18,581 nucleotides of DNA from Amoeboradix gromovi X-113 (Eukaryota; Fungi; Sanchytriomycota), in contig JADGIF010000126.1 in the NCBI GenBank assembly GCA_018985225.1, positions 1 through 18,581 on the forward strand. The letters are read 5' to 3'. The position numbers were made by a program, and so were the translations under genes. The notes beneath the pieces were generated by a model. That model did not search any database, was not told the origin of the DNA, and worked only from the letters and a program-made list of their open reading frames with translations. Within the stretch, counting starts at the first letter, position 1. Each line of letters starts with the position of its first letter. Shown here in pieces: positions 5,558 to 13,674 of the stretch.

Positions 5558-8395
5558 TTATTTACTGCTCTCCAACTTTTTAATAACCTGCTTAATATCT
5601 TTGTCTCTTATTAAACGACATTTCCCTATTAGTGCTTCCATTACCCGCAAACATTCTTCATTATCTAATCTCAAGCCTTTAACAAACACATTGACCAATT
5701 CCAAATCTCGTCTAACATCAGATGTATCGGTTTTTAGCTTGCTCATTAACTTTATTTTAGTTTCAAGCAAGGCGCTAATGCTGTTATAGTCCCCAAGTTC
5801 TCCGCATTTTTGAATCCTCAAGTCCAAAGTCAGAATTGCCTTTTGGTACTCTTTATGGGTCAAATAGTACTCCAAAGCATAATCTAAATATCCCATCTTT
5901 ACATATATATCTCCTAGTTCTATTTCCCGAGATTTGTTCAATAAAGAATGCATATCTTTAGTGATTTTTATATCTTCTGTTATTATAAGCTTCAACGCTG
6001 ACTTGTATGATTTCTGATCAAGTAAAAGCATTACTTTTTCTACTGGGCTTACTTTGGTGTCTCTAGAAGTCATGTTTTCATCTTTTTTATCAACTGACAG
6101 AGATTCTTTTAAACTTATCTTTTCAGCACTTTTCCAGCTTATATTCATAATTTTATCATAATATAAGTTACTTTGCTGTTTATTTATACCCTCCAACACT
6201 ATTCCTACCTGCTTCATTCCCTCTTTATCCATTTCCAAATTCATGAGCGTATTCACTACAAACTGCTCATTCAAGGTCGATATGTTCTCTTTTATGTAAT
6301 CGAGTATGTGATAGCTGCATTTTGCACTTGAATAGCATTTGATCACATCATCTCCTTGTGAAGTGGCTGCCAAATGATAGAAATCGAGTTTCTCTACCGG
6401 CTTTGGGGCTTTGCCCAACTTCAGTAGAACACTAAAGGTGCTTTGGCCACTAAGAGTATAATGTTCCAATGCAGACTGGTAGTCCTCTATGCTCTGCTTA
6501 TAATCACCAATCAATGCGTACACTTCATTTCTATTTATTAGCGGGGCTAGTTTACTGTAATCTCTGTCTAGGACACTATACAGCAGACTAGACGGACAGC
6601 TCTTATAGTACTTGATTTGACTCTGAATCGGTGCATCAACATCAGGAATTTCAAATTTTTTTTTGGCGCCATTTAGATCCACGTTTAACTGCATTAGTAA
6701 TTCTTCATCTGTTCCATAAAGTTGCAACTGAATCTGGCAATAATGTTTAAATGGATGCTTCAGCAATATGAACAAGATTAAACATGTCTTGTAGCCATCT
6801 GTGGAGCATTTTTGCAGTTCATAAAAGTCCATTATGTTGTTGAATAAGCATGACGTATCATGCTGGAAAAAGCTTAGGGTATGTTTGTTCGATTTCATTG
6901 GAGTAACCGCGTCATAAGCGGTATAATAGTAGGGCAAATGTAAATTGCAGGCATCTATTTTGGTGATAAAATATACATCATCGAACAAACAGTAGAGACA
7001 GCCATTTAACATGAATGCAGGACATTCTTGATCCCACATAAACTGTACAAGTTTATCTTTTACTTTCCAGCTATCAAATGATGTCAAACTCATTATTTCT
7101 AGGCAGTCCGTATAAATAGCAATAAATTGCGCATTTCTTGATATAGAAAGCATTTCTGGTTTTCTAACCTGCTTGGAATGCACGATAGTATTACTACTGT
7201 ATATATTTATTGTGCTATCCCAATAAGTAACCATAATTGATCCAACAATGTCAAGTAGTTCATGCTTTATTGCCTTTTGCTGCAGGGGTTTAGCTAAATC
7301 ATCAATGCTATACTGAAGTATAGTCATACCATCACCCAGATACAAATAATTTGCATCTAAAGCGTAAAATTGCATTTTAAAACTGTATTTTAGTGACAGC
7401 ACCTGATCCAAAGAATAAACTTTTAATTCATCAGAAATCACAAAAAGACATTTCATGTACTTCAGTTCTCTAATAAGACCAGTGTTGTAGACTTTGCTGT
7501 TGTATAGGACATTATTTGCGGCTATTTGATGCACAGGAAATGGTTGCGAGTCAATTGATAGAAATGGCAAGACGTGAAAATCTATTATACGATTACTAAC
7601 AGCTATGAATGAGTTAGAATAAGGCACTAGATAATCCACTATGTAGTTATAAGCAATAAATGTTTCTATTGCAAAGTTGTTGAGAAATATTATTTTTATT
7701 CCATGAGAAGTATTCAAACACAGGGCATTGTTAAGATACACGACCGATTTAGGAATGACATCCAAACGAATAGTTTTGAGCTTACGAGTGGCTATATTGA
7801 ACTGGTGTATGTGATGTTTATGCTGAAAAGTGAAAAGATCCGAGTTGCGGTGCACAACAGCGGAAATATCAATTGGTATAGATTCAAAGCACTCATTGTT
7901 ACGATAATAGTGAACACCAGTAGTGGTAGCAATTACAATTTCATTTGAATTTAATATACAGGATAAAATGCAGTTTATTTTTATACTTGACAGCGAATTA
8001 TGATAAACAAACAACTGCGTGTCATTGAACATGAGAATATCATTAGGATATTCGATTACAGTGGAAATAGAAGCAGGAATAGAAAGATTGTTAAAAACAG
8101 TATGAGAAGAAAAAGATTGAACTAAACCAAATTTGGAACTAAAGATGGAAATGGGTACATCTACAAAGTCACCAAGATCAATCAATGAACTATCGTATTG
8201 GTAGAGTATGGATTCACGGACAATAAATATGCTATTGTTAGAGGCAAACAAATGAGATACCTTGTCGGAAATGAATGCAAAATCATTAAAACCTGCTCTA
8301 ATGTACAGCTTACCATTATGCAAAATAGCTGTTTGATTATCAGTGTGTTTGAAAACATCAAATGGTTGGTTGATGAAGGATGGTTGAAATAGCAT
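5558..8395 (-). CDS. IFT140: Divergent, shortened intraflagellar transport protein 140 (IFT-A; WD40 + TPR)
   Basis: Beta-rich N-terminal half and helical C-terminal half. Several motifs are collinear with IFT140 as I recall it: FMWDQECP (FWDQSEP), LHLPYYY (MEVPYYY), IMDFYELQKC (LRDFVGLEDC), DYQSALEHYTLSGQSTFSV (DCSRALSYYEKSDTHRFEV), FYHLA...YHILDYIKEN (SYHLA...AIRLCKEN), LELVNVFVKGLR (MALVKRFIQARR). Confidence 0.75.
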   Translation of the reverse strand: MLFQPSFINQPFDVFKHTDNQTAILHNGKLYIRAGFNDFAFISDKVSHLFASNNSIFIVRESILYQYDSSLIDLGDFVDVPISIFSSKFGLVQSFSSHTVFNNLSIPASISTVIEYPNDILMFNDTQLFVYHNSLSSIKINCILSCILNSNEIVIATTTGVHYYRNNECFESIPIDISAVVHRNSDLFTFQHKHHIHQFNIATRKLKTIRLDVIPKSVVYLNNALCLNTSHGIKIIFLNNFAIETFIAYNYIVDYLVPYSNSFIAVSNRIIDFHVLPFLSIDSQPFPVHQIAANNVLYNSKVYNTGLIRELKYMKCLFVISDELKVYSLDQVLSLKYSFKMQFYALDANYLYLGDGMTILQYSIDDLAKPLQQKAIKHELLDIVGSIMVTYWDSTINIYSSNTIVHSKQVRKPEMLSISRNAQFIAIYTDCLEIMSLTSFDSWKVKDKLVQFMWDQECPAFMLNGCLYCLFDDVYFITKIDACNLHLPYYYTAYDAVTPMKSNKHTLSFFQHDTSCLFNNIMDFYELQKCSTDGYKTCLILFILLKHPFKHYCQIQLQLYGTDEELLMQLNVDLNGAKKKFEIPDVDAPIQSQIKYYKSCPSSLLYSVLDRDYSKLAPLINRNEVYALIGDYKQSIEDYQSALEHYTLSGQSTFSVLLKLGKAPKPVEKLDFYHLAATSQGDDVIKCYSSAKCSYHILDYIKENISTLNEQFVVNTLMNLEMDKEGMKQVGIVLEGINKQQSNLYYDKIMNISWKSAEKISLKESLSVDKKDENMTSRDTKVSPVEKVMLLLDQKSYKSALKLIITEDIKITKDMHSLLNKSREIELGDIYVKMGYLDYALEYYLTHKEYQKAILTLDLRIQKCGELGDYNSISALLETKIKLMSKLKTDTSDVRRDLELVNVFVKGLRLDNEECLRVMEALIGKCRLIRDKDIKQVIKKLESSK

Positions 8396-8598
8396 TTTGT
8401 TTCAAAATTAAAATCAATAAAAAAGAATAATGTGCCTAAAAGTTAGTCATACGATTTTTACGAACGCTGAAAAAGTTTTCAATTACAGATCTCACAGAGC
8501 TAATTATTAGAATTTTATTGCTTGGCCCAATGAAAGGTCATGAATAATGAAAAACAGGGTAACCAAACATTTAAATAGTGTCTACTCGAACTTTTTTC

Positions 8599-9060
8599 AT
8601 GCTTCTCTTCAAGGTATTACTAGCTGTTGCAATTTACCCAACAGGAAACGAAGAAATTTCTAAAATTGGGGTACAAATTACTATAGGATCTCAGTTAGCA
8701 GAAAAGTTGAAGAATGATTGCTCGACATACCTGTACGGATACTCTGAGCCTTCTTCAGATCAAAACTCGAAAACAATTTACTTTGCTAAGAAAATGGAGT
8801 TGACTTATCAAGACGGAGAGGATATAACTTTTACGCTAATACTTCCTTTGGGAACTCAAAATATTACTCTTGATATATTGAATAATGGACATGAGTACTT
8901 TGTCTCGAGTAAACCAACCCATTCAGTTTATCAAGAAAGTGTAGTTTTTACACTCGCGGATATGAAAACAGAGGACTGCAAAAAACCTAGTGAGAGAGAA
9001 AAAGAGTTACAAAATAGAGTTACTAAGAGAAGCGAGATATTCGTTGTTGAGGAGGCTTAG
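8599..9060 (+). CDS. Small secreted protein, paralog of 10709-11155
   Basis: First ATG at 8599 (MLLFKVLLAVAI, signal-like). Shares CSxYLYGYS, TIYF, TF-x-[LI]-[IL]-x-P, N[IL]T and SK motifs with the 148-aa ORF. Confidence 0.8.
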   Translation: MLLFKVLLAVAIYPTGNEEISKIGVQITIGSQLAEKLKNDCSTYLYGYSEPSSDQNSKTIYFAKKMELTYQDGEDITFTLILPLGTQNITLDILNNGHEYFVSSKPTHSVYQESVVFTLADMKTEDCKKPSEREKELQNRVTKRSEIFVVEEA

Positions 9061-10111
9061 TTTTAATAAATTAATTTGATCTTCAGTCATCAGAAAAGTC
9101 TTGGGTTTCAAATAAATCAAGAATTCCCAAAGAGAAATGTTAGTTCTACAATTGCTTTAGTTGTTCGCGATTCTAGTATTCTGAGGTGGCACTACTCTTT
9201 TCATCATGTAGCAATTACGTTGACAACTGTACTAAAAATGTTTGTTTACTTCTCTATTTCTGAGATAATTGAATAAAAAGTTGATCATTGAATGAGAGAA
9301 GAGACAGATGTCCGAGTTAATATACACGTAAGCTTATATTAATCTGGACTAACCTGACTACTAGGGTAATTTGACTCAAGCACTGTAAAGTTAATAAATT
9401 AATTTATTTTAAACTGAACTAAATTGTCATTAAGACAAATCTTCTTACTCTGCCAATTGAACTTCCTTCTTGAGTAAACTATGTCTTGCCATAATGTATT
9501 TTACAATCTTCTACAATTAATTTTTTGAAAATATAAATTTTCGTCCTTGACTATTCAAAATACTGCAAAAAAGCAGTTTCGAATTAGTGCAGCCGGAATA
9601 ATCCCACATAGAATAGATTACTCGAAGGTCACTGACCTCAGTCTGGGATTGGGATTAATCCAAATTTAGATGTTTCGTGTTGTTTGTTTTATGAGTTGAG
9701 CTCTTCTGAAGTATGAATATTAACAAGAAACTATCTTCTTTTTGTATGCTCCTGGTAGTGTGTAAATTTTTTATTATTGGAACAAACGATCTACGCAAGC
9801 CTTAAGGCTCTTAAGGAAATTCTAAATCAGAAATTATTTTTGCACTCCGAAGGAAAGAATTTACACCTTTCACTCTAGAATACAATATTTCTAAATTTCA
9901 TTGTAGCTTTAATGGAAACTGATAGCAAGACTACAAACGCACTTTCTCAAAGTGTCCTTGAATATGTCAGTTACTATGATGTGGCTAAGAAAAAAGATAT
10001 GAGTCGTGTTAAAGCAACTTTGAAGCTGCTGAATATGTGCTAAGCAACGGCGATAGACAAATTTGGCAGGAGAGAAATGAAGGCAAACTACCTGCTTACG
10101 CTCTATGCACT

Positions 10112-10608
10112 TGGGACACCAAATATAAAAACTAAACTAACTCGTTTTTAAAGGTGCACTATACGGAGGAAATCATTAATGAAAGATCTTCTGTTATACA
10201 AAGATTCTTTCATTGATTGTATTCCTCTTTTCAAAATAAAACTAGAAGACCCTGCATCTCGTTCAGATATGAGGTCTTTGAGCGTCTAAGCAAAAGGTGC
10301 ATTTTCTTAGACGGTACTCTTTTCTAGAGTCATTTTGTAATGTTATACTACCATCATTACTCTTATCTATTCTAGTATTATGAATTAGTACTATGAATTA
10401 GTACTATGAATCAGAGGTTTATTTGAAATAGAGACTGGATGAAAGAGTAAGAGAATAGCGGTACAGAATAATTATTTTCCTTTTATACTCGTCAACTCCG
10501 CAACTAGCTGAATGTCCACTCGCCTCTTAAATCCATAAAACTAATAAAGCTGAAATAATGTTGAAGTTGTTATAGAAAGTTAGTCCAGTTTTTATATTTG
10601 ATGTCCTA
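10112..10608. mobile_element. MITE-like element (about 500 bp) bounded by 30-bp inverted repeats
   Basis: 10112-10141 tgggacaccaaatataaaaactaaactaac matches the reverse complement of 10579-10608 (taggacatcaaatataaaaactggactaac) at 26/30. The left interior is homologous to 17149-17304 and the right interior (inverted) to 18473-18514. No target-site duplication identified. Confidence 0.65.
10373..10411 (+). repeat. 13-bp tandem repeat x3
   Basis: tagtattatgaat / tagtactatgaat / tagtactatgaat. Confidence 0.9.
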
Positions 10609-10708
10609 CTTGCTAAATGAACAGTGTGTCCCTATTGGAACAATAGGTATGAGCCAATCAACTCAAAATACTACCAGTTTTTAATTAATCCGGCCTCAAA
10701 AGGGCGAA

Positions 10709-11155
10709 ATGAATTCAATATTTCTTACTATGGTTTTTTCTGTTGTCCAGCAGAAATCTGTCCTGAGAGTTACATTGAATCCAGAAATGCATAAGTACCT
10801 GACAGAAGGATGTAGTGCGTATTTGTATGGCTATTCAAAAAGCAGCAATAGCAAGACATCGAATGAAACCATTTATTTTTCAACAAAATTGAATTCAAAA
10901 ACTTCTCAAACATTCTCTATATTAGTGCCATACCATGCAAACAACCTTACTGTGGAAGCCATAAACGTCAAATCAAAAATGCGTTACTTAGCGTCTAAAG
11001 TACCAAGTACAACCGCATACATGGACATGGTTGAGTTATCTGATACCAAATCATGGTCTTATGAGCCTTTCGAATCTGAAAAAAGAATAAAAGAATTCGA
11101 AGAACGAATTATAAGAAACAAGAAGACTTTCAATATAACTATATCCAATAAATGA
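10709..11155 (+). CDS. Small secreted protein, paralog of 8599-9060
   Basis: ATG start, short hydrophobic N-terminus MNSIFLTMVFSVV, and full-length collinear similarity to 8599-9060. Confidence 0.8.
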   Translation: MNSIFLTMVFSVVQQKSVLRVTLNPEMHKYLTEGCSAYLYGYSKSSNSKTSNETIYFSTKLNSKTSQTFSILVPYHANNLTVEAINVKSKMRYLASKVPSTTAYMDMVELSDTKSWSYEPFESEKRIKEFEERIIRNKKTFNITISNK

Positions 11156-11326
11156 AAAAATGTATGTAGCAACGTCACTTCATATTTCTTTCAAAATAAC
11201 TATTACTATACAATGCACAGAGACGGCTTATTAGAGAAGAAATGATAGCAGAACCCTGTTTGTGCCACCTTGTATCAGTCACGATGGATTTTTAAAAATC
11301 GAGTTTCTGTGTCAAAAAGAAGGAGA

Positions 11327-13477
11327 ATGATTTTCACAATCTTAGTATTGGGTAAGTTAACAACAATGGTAGAATTCATAGAGCATTACCACAACAAAGC
11401 ACAACCAAGTTACGAGGTCAAGATAATTTACGACAAATTTTTCCCAATATGTGACATATCAAGCAACCAAATAGATCGTGTTTATCATTTTGATCAAGAA
11501 GTAAAACTGCCTGCTACATTGAACACTAATCCTATGGGCCGTTTAACACTAATTGTACCTGTAACTGAGTTTAAAGGTATTGAGTTGAATTTTGCTGTAA
11601 ATAATTTTGAATATTCAGTTGCTCTGTACTTATCCCTGATCCAAAGAATCCAATCTTCTGATTTCTTTGATTCAAGCGTTCAAAAAAGGCTTAATGCTCT
11701 GTTCAGCCCATTACTGGACATGAAGCATCACAAAATAGAGGCGAGTGATTTAGTTCACGGAAATCCGCTTATCTCTGCCTCACACTTAAAACACATTAAT
11801 GCTGGCAAGTTGCACGATCGTAAATCAGGAAATTCTGTTCATGTTAAAAGAGACAACATAGATGTTCTCGGCAAAATTGGGTATAATGCGCGTAGGGCGT
11901 TTAATGTTTTCTTCCAAGTGTTGTCCTCTATGGGTGTTTTAGTTTTTAATTTCTTTCAAGGGATTATGGCTCTACGAAGATGGGATCTGGTCTTAAGTAC
12001 CCAAAAACTAATAAATAAATACCATGATGGCACTGTTCCCATAATGAAGCAGGGCACACTGGCAATGAGACCCCAGTTTCTTGATTTAGTCAATAATTGG
12101 AGAGCCAATTCCAGTGCTTCCTTTCTAGAAAAAATAAAAAACAAGGATGTTAATAGCCATGAAGACATATACAAGAAATGGGAACAGCGCGATGTTGGCA
12201 GTATGACTTTAGAGGATTTGACTTTTCACCATATTCACAATGTCACAGCGCCATCCTCTACACATTCGATGATTGAGGAGCATGCCAAACTGCTTAATAA
12301 TGTAGCCACAAAACTGTACGCTGTTGCCACTCCCGATGTTGTCTTGAAGATGAAACAAATAGAGTTAAACACTGGTGCTAACTGGTATGACTCTGCAGTT
12401 GTAAACCTGCTAAAAACTGCTTACGGTTTATTTGACGTAGCACTTCAGGTGCTGCAATCCACATCAAATATAGTGTTTGACATTGTTACTCCAATTGTTG
12501 ATTTTATGCAAAAGTTAATATCAATCAAAATTGACATACCAGGTCTACAATCGTTTTTTTCGTCTATATCTAAGACTGATCTTACCATCATGAATCTTCT
12601 TACTTTAAATACTGCAATGTTTATGAACTGGAACTTGCAGATTTTTACAAAACAACCGTTTATTCTTTCTGTTCAAGAGATGGACATTCTAACATCTGAC
12701 ACCAATCCAATGAAATGGATGCTCAACTACTACAGCGACCATCGCACTGGCCCTTATACAAAAGAAAAAGAATTAAAACTTGGTCAACTGCTTGACTGGA
12801 TGCCACGTTGTCAAATGATGCATTTTCAATACGTAGGTATATTCTTCGGGGACTTGCAGGTATGGACTGATAGCATTTCTGTCATTAAACCCATAACCAA
12901 TCAATTCAGTTACTTGGATTTATTAGCATTCGCCATGAATTACATGTACTTAATACCATATTATCCTGTCGATTTTGTCACAGATCTGAGTCAGATTGAT
13001 GATAAAATAGCTCATCCAGATAAATATTGGTTTACCTGGTATTTGCATTGGTTTATCGAAGTTATAGCTGGTGCTATTCATTCTATGCACTCTGTATTCA
13101 AATGGACTAGTAGCATCCTCGGGTTGGGATACATTGGTGATACATACAACAATATTCGATTTATGATCAAATCCATAATAATTGGACTTCCTCAACTTGT
13201 AATTATAGCGTGGATAAGTAATAATGTGTGGGAAAACACAGATAGCAATGACGCAGATAGATTGGCCATAACAGTGGTAAACACAATGGCGTGGAGTGTG
13301 GATACAGCCAGTTACTTGTTCATGATGATATTAAGTAGAATGAGAGATGATTCCATTCTGATCAATGGTATGAGTGTTGGGTTAGTTAGTACACTTATAG
13401 ATGCAACAATGTTGGGATTATATCATTCAAGGTTGGGATTGATGATGATGAGTGGAAAATATGGCTTAATAGATTAG
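11327..13477 (+). CDS. Large hypothetical protein (716 aa) with a hydrophobic helical C-terminus; possible toxin-like family member
   Basis: First ATG at 11327 (MIFTILVLG...). Several hydrophobic helices in the C-terminal 250 aa or so. Motifs TNPMGRLTLI, WDLVLSTQKLI and KIDIPGLQSFFSSISKTDLTIMNLLTL recall an uncharacterised fungal/bacterial family (from memory, unverified). Confidence 0.75.
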   Translation: MIFTILVLGKLTTMVEFIEHYHNKAQPSYEVKIIYDKFFPICDISSNQIDRVYHFDQEVKLPATLNTNPMGRLTLIVPVTEFKGIELNFAVNNFEYSVALYLSLIQRIQSSDFFDSSVQKRLNALFSPLLDMKHHKIEASDLVHGNPLISASHLKHINAGKLHDRKSGNSVHVKRDNIDVLGKIGYNARRAFNVFFQVLSSMGVLVFNFFQGIMALRRWDLVLSTQKLINKYHDGTVPIMKQGTLAMRPQFLDLVNNWRANSSASFLEKIKNKDVNSHEDIYKKWEQRDVGSMTLEDLTFHHIHNVTAPSSTHSMIEEHAKLLNNVATKLYAVATPDVVLKMKQIELNTGANWYDSAVVNLLKTAYGLFDVALQVLQSTSNIVFDIVTPIVDFMQKLISIKIDIPGLQSFFSSISKTDLTIMNLLTLNTAMFMNWNLQIFTKQPFILSVQEMDILTSDTNPMKWMLNYYSDHRTGPYTKEKELKLGQLLDWMPRCQMMHFQYVGIFFGDLQVWTDSISVIKPITNQFSYLDLLAFAMNYMYLIPYYPVDFVTDLSQIDDKIAHPDKYWFTWYLHWFIEVIAGAIHSMHSVFKWTSSILGLGYIGDTYNNIRFMIKSIIIGLPQLVIIAWISNNVWENTDSNDADRLAITVVNTMAWSVDTASYLFMMILSRMRDDSILINGMSVGLVSTLIDATMLGLYHSRLGLMMMSGKYGLID

Positions 13478-13674
13478 GTACCACATAAAGTGTATCAGTA
13501 AACAAATCTAGAAGATTTCTGCATAATTCTACAGAAAATCATACGCCCACTTTAAACAAAAATTGAACTCCAGCGCAGAATAGCACGCGAAATCCCTTTA
13601 GTGAGGACTCAGAATGCTGCAGTACAAACCTTCATCGCAGTAAGATTGCTGTTTGGAATTTTAGTATAGTAAAA

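Noticed and set aside
10112-10290. Duplicated pseudogene reading WDTKYK*T.SFL at 10112 and 17149, with stops at equivalent positions that might suggest TAA/TAG reassignment
   Set aside because: The start of this sequence is the inverted-repeat motif, found in both orientations, so it is better explained as non-coding. The long genes have no in-frame TAA/TAG and several end in them, consistent with the standard code.
13517-13540. Short hairpin gatttctg...cagaaaatc between convergent genes
   Set aside because: Short, imperfect and expected by chance in AT-rich DNA; intrinsic terminators are not relevant here.
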